A DNA stretch of 64,000 nt from Sedimentisphaerales bacterium. GTDB lineage: Bacteria; Planctomycetota; Phycisphaerae; Sedimentisphaerales; SM23-30. Below the pieces are notes generated by a model. That model was not told the DNA's origin. It did not search any database and saw nothing but the letters and a program-made list of their open reading frames with translations. The stretch spans positions 192,001 through 256,000 of the forward strand of contig CAXXFK010000030.1 in assembly GCA_963663965.2 (NCBI GenBank), in the 5' to 3' direction. Made by a program: the position numbers and the translations under genes. Positions 18,946 through 27,526 of this stretch are shown in pieces (within the stretch, counting starts at the first letter, position 1; every line of letters starts with the position of its first letter).

Positions 18946-19565
18946 AAAGATTATGGTTAATTTTATTGGGTATATGTTTATTTGTAACAACGAGCAATGC
19001 CAGCTATCTGGATGGCTTTATCTCGGCAGGTGAATATATTAATACCGTAAAATGGACAAGTTATGATCCTCCCTTGATTGTTAATGGGGGGGGGGGTAAC
19101 AGTATCGAAATTGATTATGGTCGCATAGAGGTTTGGTCCACTTCGTTGCCACTGGAACAGCATGTGTCGGGAATATTTGACTTGGGCTTATCGCATAGTA
19201 GCTCGCTTATTTTTTATGATGGCGCCTTGGAGTTGTTATCAACGCACCATAATGCTACAGCGCTTTTTAAGGGCGGTCAGGTTAATATGATTCGTTGCTT
19301 TCAATTAGTTGAGGGCACGCCGCACATCACGATTGAATGTCAGCCCGGCTGGAACTGGATCTATGACAATCAGAGCGCCATTAAGGGCATCGCCGGTCTG
19401 TGGGCGGATGATACAGCCTTTTCCATCCAGTTCATCGACAAAGTCGATATCTTTGGCTTCGACCCGGTTTGGCAAAATATCAAGATTGTGGAAGTGCCCG
19501 AACCAACCAGCCTGCTCTTACTGGGCCTCGGCGCGCTGGCCATCAAACGCCAACGGCGTTTGTGA
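18942..19565 (+). CDS. PEP-CTERM sorting domain protein, copy 3 (G11 tract, in frame)
   Basis: Signal peptide; VPEPTSLLLLGLGALAIKRQRR; G11 at 19086-19096. Confidence 0.9.
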   Translation: MKRLWLILLGICLFVTTSNASYLDGFISAGEYINTVKWTSYDPPLIVNGGGGNSIEIDYGRIEVWSTSLPLEQHVSGIFDLGLSHSSSLIFYDGALELLSTHHNATALFKGGQVNMIRCFQLVEGTPHITIECQPGWNWIYDNQSAIKGIAGLWADDTAFSIQFIDKVDIFGFDPVWQNIKIVEVPEPTSLLLLGLGALAIKRQRRL

Positions 19566-19587
19566 TCGTCACTCATACAAAGAATTC

Positions 19588-19620
19588 AAGCCGGATATCA
19601 CAAGGTTATCCGGCTTTTAT
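19588..19620 (+). terminator. Terminator between convergent genes
   Basis: AAGCCGGATA...TATCCGGCTTTT. Confidence 0.7.
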
Positions 19621-20780
19621 TGATTCAGGCAAGTCTCCAGCAGTTGTGCGGCTTTATCGATGGGGATCCCGAATCCGGCGCCGTCGAAATCGCGGATCAG
19701 GGCGGCGTTGACGGCGACGACCCGGCCCTGTTTATCGACGACGGGTGAACCGGAAGCGCCCTGGGCGGTCGAGGCGTCGTAAATAATCCGGTCGCCGGCC
19801 ACTTTGCCGCACATGCCGCGGGTTGCCAGCGGTCCAATCAGTTGCAGGCGCGCCAGGTTTTCGGCAATCTGCATGGCCTGGGTCTGAAGCTGCGCGGTTC
19901 CCCGATTGCCGTCGGGGCTTACCAGGCGGGCCGCCAACAGGTCCAGGCCCCGCGGGTAACCCAGGATCAATAAAGTCTGGCCGGGTTGAACCGAACCGGC
20001 GCTGCCGAATGCCAGCGGCGGCAGTTCGGGGTTCGTGCGGCATTGCACAATGGCCAGATCATCGTCCGGGCTTTTCGCGCGTACGGTCAGCTCGATCGGC
20101 TTGCGTAATTCCGGGAAAAAGGCGCGTAAGACATGCACTTTGGGCTGGTAGCCCGCGTTGATACAATGCTGATAGGTCTGGTCCGCGCTCCAGGGCTCGA
20201 TGACATGACGGTTGGTGACGATATAGCCATCGCTGTGGACCAGAAAACCCGTTCCGGTAAAGTGGATTTTGAGGATATCGCCCACTCCCTCGGTTGAAAC
20301 CGTGGCGGCGGCCGGTTCGATGGGGGAGTCATCCTCAACCGGGTCCGGCGGATCGACATAGCGCAACGGCAGCCCGGTCTGCGGTTCGACAAAGATATAT
20401 TCACCCTGGATCAGGCAGATACTCCCGGACAGGTCATGGATGACGCGGGATTCCTGCTCGTCCGCATCGTCAATAATATACTGACCGATCCGGTCCAGCT
20501 GCGATTCGGTCTGACTGATGCGGTTGTCCACGTTGCGCTGCAAAGAGTCCAGGGTGTAGTTCAGTTCTTTCGAGCGTTCTTCCAGAACCGCCGAATGCTG
20601 ATTTAACGCGCCGATCCGGTCCACCTGGGTCAGGACCAAGCGTGAGTCGATCTGATTATTGCGTAACTCCTGGATCTGTTGATATTGACGTAAGCTCATC
20701 AGACCCAGGGCGCAGACCGCCAGCGCCAGTACGGCGATGGTCAGATAGGGCGGGCGTTTATGGTGCGACAGGTGCGTCAT
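19617..20780 (-). CDS. Membrane-anchored trypsin-like serine protease (S1)
   Basis: TM helix plus coiled coil; GTGF, TNRHV, DLA, GASGSP triad motifs; ATG 20780 chosen as start. Confidence 0.85.
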   Translation of the reverse strand: MTHLSHHKRPPYLTIAVLALAVCALGLMSLRQYQQIQELRNNQIDSRLVLTQVDRIGALNQHSAVLEERSKELNYTLDSLQRNVDNRISQTESQLDRIGQYIIDDADEQESRVIHDLSGSICLIQGEYIFVEPQTGLPLRYVDPPDPVEDDSPIEPAAATVSTEGVGDILKIHFTGTGFLVHSDGYIVTNRHVIEPWSADQTYQHCINAGYQPKVHVLRAFFPELRKPIELTVRAKSPDDDLAIVQCRTNPELPPLAFGSAGSVQPGQTLLILGYPRGLDLLAARLVSPDGNRGTAQLQTQAMQIAENLARLQLIGPLATRGMCGKVAGDRIIYDASTAQGASGSPVVDKQGRVVAVNAALIRDFDGAGFGIPIDKAAQLLETCLNQ

Positions 20781-20918
20781 AACAAACTTTTCTCCGGGTG
20801 ACAACTACCTTGCTAGTATCGTCGGACTGTCGACCGGAAATAACCTGGTGAGTAAAAAAGTCTGTCTATAACGTTGAAAAGGATTTGTTAGTACTGAAAA
20901 GGCGGACCGGGCAACGGA

Positions 20919-22868
20919 TTATCGGACGAGATCAAGGCATCGCCGGGCGATGTGCCGGGCGGATACCTGGTCCAGCAACCGTTGGCGGGCCCGCCGGGCC
21001 ACGGTCTGGCGATGATCAGGATGGTCCAGAAAATGGCGGATCTTGCGTACCAGGTCTTCGGGGGTATCAAAAGTGATCAACTCATCGGACAGGTTGAAAA
21101 GCTTGCCGAGACATCCTTCGGAGTTGATATCGGGATTGGTTCGCACCAGCACCAGCTTTTCAGCGGCGATCGCGCTCAATAGCCCGGCGGTCGGCCGGCT
21201 GACCGGTTCGATCTCGAGGACCAGTTTGACCGATTGGTACAGCCGGTTCAGGGATGCGTCGTACGCGACCACACCGGCAACATGATCCCGGCAGGGCGAT
21301 TCGCTCCAGGTGGTGCCCAGACGTTGGTTAACCGGTTCATTGACTCCGGCCCAGTCCCAGATCTTCAGATCGTAGCCGCGGGCCAGCACATATTTGCAGT
21401 AGGTATCTTTCAAGGCCGACCGGCCGATAAACTGCCGGATGATACGGGTAAAGTTATCGCGCAGTTCTTTTTCCTGTAAGGTTACGCCGCAGGCCTGGGC
21501 CCGGTTGAGATAACGATGAGCGCTTTCGGTGTGAAAACCGGCCGGGGCCTTTTCGATCTCGGCGAGGATGTGTTTCCAGAGCAGTTGATGAGAGGGCAGG
21601 TTGATCTGGTAACGTTGCGGTTCGGTACTGTAGCGATCGGATATCATCGCGATATCGCTGCATAAACCCTCCTCGACTACGCAATGGCCGGCCGGGAAAA
21701 ACAGATGCGGATCGACCGGCGGGGCGATCAAGGCCGTGCGTTCGTTTGCCAGACCCTTTTCGCGCAGCGCCGACAGGACATCCGGGCGGTAACAAACCAC
21801 GCCATCCTGCGGCCCTGCTAATTTGGCGATCTGGTCCGGCAGATCGTCAGCCGGTTGCGTCCAGACGGTCAGGCATCGAACCGAGCCGGGTATCGCCAAG
21901 CCCGATTCGTTCCGGAATTTATTGACCATAACCAGCAGATCCGGATCATGGTCAACGATATTTTTAAGCTGCCAGTGCATGGCGACTTGTCCAGGTTGAT
22001 CGGTTTTGAGCCATTGGGCCGATCCGCCCCAATCGGCGAAGCCGGCCAGCAGATCACGGCTCTGATAGATCGTATCCCGCGAAACCCCGCCGGGCAGGTT
22101 GATGGTGCGGAGTCGGGCGGGATCGGAATAATCGACCGTGGTCTGGTGTCGTTCGGCTGCTTTTTTGTTCCAGAGTTCTGTCAGCGAATTCAGTTGATTT
22201 TTTTGCTCCACGGCGATCGATTCCATGGCCTGGGTCACCTGGCGGTTGAACGCGCTGTTTTCCTGACGGGTTCGCCAGGGGCACATGACCGTAGTGGTGA
22301 CAATCTGGTAGCCTGGATTGCTGTGATAAAACCCAGCCAGCAGTTCGGTTGGGTTATCACCGCACAGCAGCACGAGCCGGCCGGAACTGAGCGGTGCGCT
22401 CAGGTCATGTAACTGAAAAACCAGTTTCAGGTTACGTGGGCCCCGGGCCAGGTTTTCAAAGGCGATTAGTGACTGGGCCAGACCGACTTTTTTCTCCAGC
22501 AGCAGCCGGGCGATAAACCCATTGCCGACTTCCACCATGGCCAGGTTGCCAGAGCCGGTTTCGATCCGTTCCAGCAAACTCTGGGCGGCATAAAAAGGCG
22601 TGGAACAATAGCCCAGCCATTCCGTTTCGAATATTTCACAGGGTACTTTGAAAGTGACCGAACCATCCAGCGCGACGACCCTTTCCACACCCGGCGGGAT
22701 CCCGGCCTGACGGATTTGCTCAGCCAGCTCCGGTTGAGTGGCCGCCAGCGCCGCCAAGTTGGCTTCCAGCAGTTCGGCCGCCGGCCATTCTTTCAGGAGG
22801 CGCTCTACATCGGCGGCCGGTTCGGTCAGTCGATCCGGAAAGCTAATCGAATCGCCCGTCTGCATCAT
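20919..22868 (-). CDS. Glycosyltransferase, CgeB/Glyco_trans_1_2-like with Maf-like N-terminus
   Basis: LLEANLAAL...P.LA N-terminus; C-terminal LY.S.K..L...F....ELITF.TPEDL..KIRHFL.HP..R..VARRAR. Confidence 0.65.
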   Translation of the reverse strand: MMQTGDSISFPDRLTEPAADVERLLKEWPAAELLEANLAALAATQPELAEQIRQAGIPPGVERVVALDGSVTFKVPCEIFETEWLGYCSTPFYAAQSLLERIETGSGNLAMVEVGNGFIARLLLEKKVGLAQSLIAFENLARGPRNLKLVFQLHDLSAPLSSGRLVLLCGDNPTELLAGFYHSNPGYQIVTTTVMCPWRTRQENSAFNRQVTQAMESIAVEQKNQLNSLTELWNKKAAERHQTTVDYSDPARLRTINLPGGVSRDTIYQSRDLLAGFADWGGSAQWLKTDQPGQVAMHWQLKNIVDHDPDLLVMVNKFRNESGLAIPGSVRCLTVWTQPADDLPDQIAKLAGPQDGVVCYRPDVLSALREKGLANERTALIAPPVDPHLFFPAGHCVVEEGLCSDIAMISDRYSTEPQRYQINLPSHQLLWKHILAEIEKAPAGFHTESAHRYLNRAQACGVTLQEKELRDNFTRIIRQFIGRSALKDTYCKYVLARGYDLKIWDWAGVNEPVNQRLGTTWSESPCRDHVAGVVAYDASLNRLYQSVKLVLEIEPVSRPTAGLLSAIAAEKLVLVRTNPDINSEGCLGKLFNLSDELITFDTPEDLVRKIRHFLDHPDHRQTVARRARQRLLDQVSARHIARRCLDLVR

Positions 22869-23803
22869 AATGATCCGGAACCACCCCGGACCGTGCGTTT
22901 ACCGGCCGGTTGTTCGTCCGGGTGCGTTTCTTCCGGCCGGAGGATTTCCACCGCGCAGTAGCCAAACTGCTGCAGACGGTTGGTCTTGAGTTTGATATCA
23001 CAGGGATTGCACCGGCCGAATTCATCGCACGGCCGGAATTCGCCGGTCATGGTGAAATCCGGGTCCAGAATCGAACCGACAGGTTCAAAGCCATCATAGA
23101 GATAATGGTGGCAGCGGTGGATGCCGCCCTGGGGATCGATCAGCAGTTCGGTCGTCCGGCACATGACCGGTTGGCCGGGTTCGTTGGAACAGGCCTGCGG
23201 GTAATGATAAGTGCCGTAGAGCCGGCCATCATGCCGGCCCAGAAACTCTTTTGTGCGGAAATCGAGCCCCTTTTCGGTCGCGATCCGCTGACATTCCAGA
23301 ATATGATCCTCCTGGTCCGGGTGGAGTACCCCAAAGATTCCGATCGAAAAGCCCACATCCTGTAAGCGGCGGGTTTTGTTCAGTAATTCGTCGAAATCGA
23401 CCTCGGTGGGATGATAGCTGACCCGGATGGAGGCGTAAGGCGCGTCGCGCCAGAGCCGTTCGGGATCGACCCGCCGGATCATTTCTTTTTCGTCGAAGGC
23501 CAGGTTGGTCAGGATATCGATCCGGATCCGGTCCGGCAGGCCGTTGATAATCTCGTAAAAACCCGGATGGACGCTCGGTTCACCGCCCTGCAGGGTCACC
23601 GGTACGACGCCTTCATCCCGTTTCAGGTTGGTCAGGCGCGACAGGCCCGCGATCCACTGGTCCGCGGTCAGGTGATGCGTGCCGTTGCGTCGCGAGCCGT
23701 ATTCATTGATACAATACGAGCATCGATAGGGACAGGCCATGGTTAAAAATGCCGCGATATAATTGCAGTCCTCTTTAACTGGTATGTCGGGTAATGATCC
23801 CAC
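22865..23803 (-). CDS. Radical SAM protein
   Basis: CPYRCSYC, GGEP, Cys-rich SPASM/Twitch-like tail. Confidence 0.85.
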   Translation of the reverse strand: MGSLPDIPVKEDCNYIAAFLTMACPYRCSYCINEYGSRRNGTHHLTADQWIAGLSRLTNLKRDEGVVPVTLQGGEPSVHPGFYEIINGLPDRIRIDILTNLAFDEKEMIRRVDPERLWRDAPYASIRVSYHPTEVDFDELLNKTRRLQDVGFSIGIFGVLHPDQEDHILECQRIATEKGLDFRTKEFLGRHDGRLYGTYHYPQACSNEPGQPVMCRTTELLIDPQGGIHRCHHYLYDGFEPVGSILDPDFTMTGEFRPCDEFGRCNPCDIKLKTNRLQQFGYCAVEILRPEETHPDEQPAGKRTVRGGSGSL

Positions 23804-23847
23804 GGATCGTTTTCTCCAGCTTGAGATTATTTTATTCGCCGTCCGAT

Positions 23848-24891
23848 CTACAGTTTGCTGCTGACGGACGGTTTGTTATCCGCCGGCATATCCAGCGGCT
23901 CGGGCACCATGGGCGAGTGCATCAGTTCTTCCACCGCCTCGACCACGGTATCGACCGTCAGGAATTCCATACAGGTTTCGTTAAATTCGCATTGCGCTTG
24001 AAAACAGGGCACACAGGCCCGGTCGCAACCGGGGGTAAGTTTGACGCCGCAACCGTACATGTAGACCATTTCCGGCGGGGTGGAACCGAACAACGCGACG
24101 ATTTTCTTGCGCAGCGCCAGCGACATGTGCAAGCCCAGTGAATCGCAGGTGACAATCAACCGGCAGGAAGCCAGCCAGTCGATATAATGCCGGACACTGT
24201 TCAGCGACTGCTGCCAGCAGACCGCGTAACGCTCGCTCAGGCGGCGGTAGAGTTCCTGCCAGTGGCTCTGGGGCCACAGTTTGGTCGGCCACTTGGGCCC
24301 CACGTGGCAATTTAATCCGATATCGTAGATATCCACCAGTTTGGGTTGGTAGCCCAGGACATAGCGCTCGCCGGACCATTCCAGTCCGACGGTTTTGAAC
24401 AGGCTCTCCTGCATCGGGCGGTAATCGCCCCGGTTCAGGCATTCGCTCAAGCCGGCTACGGATTCGGGATAGTAACAGTCATTACCGCTGGCCGCCCAGT
24501 TTTTAAATCCGAACCGGTGTGTGGCTGAAATGGATTCGGCAAACTCACACCAGTCTTTCTGTTTTTCCAGATTGATCAGGATATCGTAGTGGCCGGCGAT
24601 TTGTCCTTCGGGCAGCTCTTCCGGATTATCCGCAAGGATCAGGCTGTTGATCAGGTGATTCTGGGTTAAAAGATCGTGGGCGGCCCTTGCCGAAATCCAG
24701 GTGACATGATATCCCCGGTACGCTTCCAGCAGACAGGTACAGCGAAAGACATCGCCATAACTGACCACGGGCGAAATGTTGTGATCGCAAGTCTCTGAAA
24801 ATCCGTGCTTTATGATCAATACACGTTGCCGTTCTGCCATGAGCTTCCTTACTCTTTCTGGATCGCAATCCTGGTTACAGTTACTATCCAT
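23848..24891 (-). CDS. Glycosyltransferase family 9 (heptosyltransferase-like)
   Basis: GDV, K.WP...W, IVTCDSLGLH.S.AL....VALFGST, C.PC....C....CM. Confidence 0.85.
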   Translation of the reverse strand: MDSNCNQDCDPERVRKLMAERQRVLIIKHGFSETCDHNISPVVSYGDVFRCTCLLEAYRGYHVTWISARAAHDLLTQNHLINSLILADNPEELPEGQIAGHYDILINLEKQKDWCEFAESISATHRFGFKNWAASGNDCYYPESVAGLSECLNRGDYRPMQESLFKTVGLEWSGERYVLGYQPKLVDIYDIGLNCHVGPKWPTKLWPQSHWQELYRRLSERYAVCWQQSLNSVRHYIDWLASCRLIVTCDSLGLHMSLALRKKIVALFGSTPPEMVYMYGCGVKLTPGCDRACVPCFQAQCEFNETCMEFLTVDTVVEAVEELMHSPMVPEPLDMPADNKPSVSSKL

Positions 24892-25140
24892 GTCGGATAC
24901 ATTATCGGTCCAACATGAATTTTTACTCGATATACCGACTGTACCTGGGTTCAGCCAGCAAGTTCCGTCTATAACAATAAGATTGGCCGGGCAAAATCGC
25001 CGTTTTTGACGTTATGTGCTATAACGCTTTACCGAATAAGGCGTTAAATGATTAATGACTTAGCTGTACAATTTGGACTATTGTTACCAAAGACCGATAA
25101 CAATGCAAGGATTTATTAGCAAATTGTTTGTGCTCCAATT

Positions 25141-25188
25141 TTATCCCCAGAATAAGCGCTCTTTGAAATTATCAACAGGTTATCCCCA
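25141..25188 (+). promoter_or_regulatory. Cluster of three DnaA-box-like 9-mers
   Basis: TTATCCCCA 25141, TTATCAACA 25169, TTATCCCCA 25180; each one mismatch from TTATCCACA. Confidence 0.4.
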
Positions 25189-25480
25189 AATTATAGCCTG
25201 GCGGGATCGGATTGAATAAAAAAGTCATAAGATATTTTAAGGTAGTGAGTTATACCAAAAGACCTGCCTGGCGATTCGGAGTCCAGGCATCATCAATGTG
25301 TATCAGTATACCAAGCCGTTCAAATTATGGAGAAATCTTGCATATCATATCCCGTCTCTTATTAAGGTGATTGAATATTTTACTGGATTATCGCCGGAGA
25401 TTTTAATAAACCTTCTCTTATCTTAAAGTGTTCCCAGATAAACATGCCTTTAAAACAGAATTATGAAAGGAGTATGTAAA

Positions 25481-26209
25481 ATGAAAAAAGGTTGTCTGAT
25501 CGCGGTTGTTATTATTGGGTTATTTCTCTTTGCCGGGATTGCCGGGGTTGGGTATCTGGCCAAGAAAATGGGCGGTATGGCCAAAGAATTTCAGACTACT
25601 TTGGCTGAAATGCGTCAGGAAAGTGACCGGCTCAATGCGGCTTATCCTTTTGAAGAACCCGCCGCCATTGCGCTGACGGTTCCGCAGGTCGAAAATCTCA
25701 TCGCGATCCGGCAGGAACTGGATCAGGCCGCCAGTGAAACGGCTTTCTTTCAGAAAGTCAAACAGTTCGAAAACCAGAAAGACAGCGGCGAAAAACCGGG
25801 CTTTAAAGATGTGATGACTTTTTTCAGTTCGATCGCTTCTTCAATGAAACAGATTTCCCAGGCCTGGATGACGATTCTGGATCAACACCAGGTCTCGCCC
25901 CGGGAATATCATTATGTTTCTTCGGTGATCCTGTCTGTCATCGCGGATGAATTGAATCAAGGGCGACTCAAAGAGGAGATTTCTACGGAGATGAGCCGCG
26001 GCCTGCGCCGGATGATACTGCAAGCCGAAGAAGAACGGACCGATCTTTACCAGATTTATAACGCCGTTCAGAATCTGGATGAAGCCACCCATGCCCAGCT
26101 GGTGGAGACCATCCGGCCCTGCCTGGATAAAATCAACCAGTTTGAAGAGACCCTTTATTTCGATGCGTTCCTGACCAACGTGCAGATGAATTTCAGTAAG
26201 GAGCAGTGA
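25481..26209 (+). CDS. Hypothetical membrane-anchored protein
   Basis: AAGGAG RBS; MKKGCLI followed by a TM helix; helical body. Confidence 0.75.
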   Translation: MKKGCLIAVVIIGLFLFAGIAGVGYLAKKMGGMAKEFQTTLAEMRQESDRLNAAYPFEEPAAIALTVPQVENLIAIRQELDQAASETAFFQKVKQFENQKDSGEKPGFKDVMTFFSSIASSMKQISQAWMTILDQHQVSPREYHYVSSVILSVIADELNQGRLKEEISTEMSRGLRRMILQAEEERTDLYQIYNAVQNLDEATHAQLVETIRPCLDKINQFEETLYFDAFLTNVQMNFSKEQ

Positions 26210-26308
26210 TTGCCGTTGCGGGTGAGCCCGACCGGCAGGCTTCTGTGACTTCCTCTGACGCTCTGTATTTAAGTATTATTAATCTGGTTCACTTTATGTG
26301 AGGAATTT

Positions 26309-27040
26309 ATGGATACGATTTATGTTTGGTTGGAGTATGTTTTTCTGTTCGCGATCTTGTTATCGATACTGGCGGCTTTAAAAAAAATCGCAGGAAAAAG
26401 CAAAAAAACATTCAGAAGCGCTTTGCTGTTATTTTCCTGGATGATAGTGGGCGCTGGACTTTGGGTGGTTGTGGCGGGGCATTTAAGGAATGGCCATTGG
26501 ATCTGGGAACGGGAGAGCGAATACCGGCCTGAATCGGGCGTGGCATTGGATTCGTCAAAAAAGATGAATCCGCCTGAGTCGGGGATTTTTGTTAATAATG
26601 AATATGGATTTTCAATTGTATTCCCGGATGGGTGGCTGATCAATCCGACGGTCCCGGGTGATTCCATTAAGGTTAAAGCGGTTCACCGGGATAGCGTGAC
26701 GGATAATTTTTCTGAATTGAATATTGATGTAAAAGAAAATGAATGGGGCGGCCGTTTTGCGGAGATGACGGCCAAAGATATCTGCAAAGCGGTGTACGGT
26801 GATACTGCTGAATTATTGGGATATGGGGAAGAGAAGATCGATGGCCATAAAGCATTATGGCAGACCCTGGTAATCTTTAAACAGGATGTCCCGACTTACG
26901 CAATCCATTACACTTTAGTGGATGGCGATTATGTGTATGATTTATGTGGCAATACGATGCACGGGGGTTATGAATGGTATAAAGAAAATGAGGATTTGCT
27001 AAAAACAGCCATTCGATCATTCAAGTTTTTGGAGAAATAA
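26309..27040 (+). CDS. Hypothetical membrane protein with PsbP/Mog1-like domain
   Basis: Two TM helices; F.N.EYGFSI.FPDGW and IDG.KA motifs. Confidence 0.65.
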   Translation: MDTIYVWLEYVFLFAILLSILAALKKIAGKSKKTFRSALLLFSWMIVGAGLWVVVAGHLRNGHWIWERESEYRPESGVALDSSKKMNPPESGIFVNNEYGFSIVFPDGWLINPTVPGDSIKVKAVHRDSVTDNFSELNIDVKENEWGGRFAEMTAKDICKAVYGDTAELLGYGEEKIDGHKALWQTLVIFKQDVPTYAIHYTLVDGDYVYDLCGNTMHGGYEWYKENEDLLKTAIRSFKFLEK

Positions 27041-27046
27041 GGAATC

Positions 27047-27089
27047 CGGACGGATGGCCTCGGCCTGGTTGTCCGGGGTGGCCTCCAAG
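27047..27089 (+). repeat. REP-flank repeat copy
   Basis: cggacggatggcctcggcctggttgtccggggtggc resembles 28990-29025; starts just after a stop codon. Confidence 0.65.
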
Positions 27090-27152
27090 AGAGTTTATGA
27101 GTCTTTCTCCAATTCTGCAACTAAGGAATATGGGTGTTATGACACAGCCTCG

Positions 27153-27223
27153 GATGGTCCCGGCTAGAGACTCTCAGCCCGCCTGAGGCGGATCTTCGAC
27201 CCTTCGGGCTTCAATGGTGCGAT
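27153..27223 (+). repeat. ~70-bp intergenic repeat, copy 1
   Basis: Near-identical to 37468-37538. Confidence 0.8.
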
Positions 27224-27224
27224 T

Positions 27225-27333
27225 GTATGATTGAAAGGAGGCATTTACCCGATGGCCATTGATGCGTCAGGCACCCACAAGCTTCGCTTTGCTGCGCTTG
27301 AAGGTGCCCGAGAGAGTTTAACGTAACCATCCG
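27225..27333 (+). mobile_element. Remnant of the RAYT 3' end plus right REP
   Basis: Matches 29667-29780, including gcacccacaagcttcgctttgctgcgcttgaaggtgcc. Confidence 0.8.
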
Positions 27334-27398
27334 TCGATATCTATATGGATATGTGAAACTGAAGATGGTCCAATTGTTGATATAAACATAGTATTTTA

Positions 27399-27507
27399 GA
27401 GGCTGTTGCATAAACCCAGCCAATTAACGTAAGTCCTTATTTTACGTTGGTTGTTTTAACGAAAACAAAGGACTTAGGAGAATTACTGTTAATTGTGCAA
27501 CAGGCTC
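27399..27507. mobile_element. 109-bp MITE with 15-bp terminal inverted repeats and TTTA target duplication
   Basis: GAGGCTGTTGCATAA vs GAGCCTGTTGCACAA (13/15); TTTA at 27395-27398 and 27508-27511. Confidence 0.65.
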
Positions 27508-27526
27508 TTTAATGGAGAATTAACGA

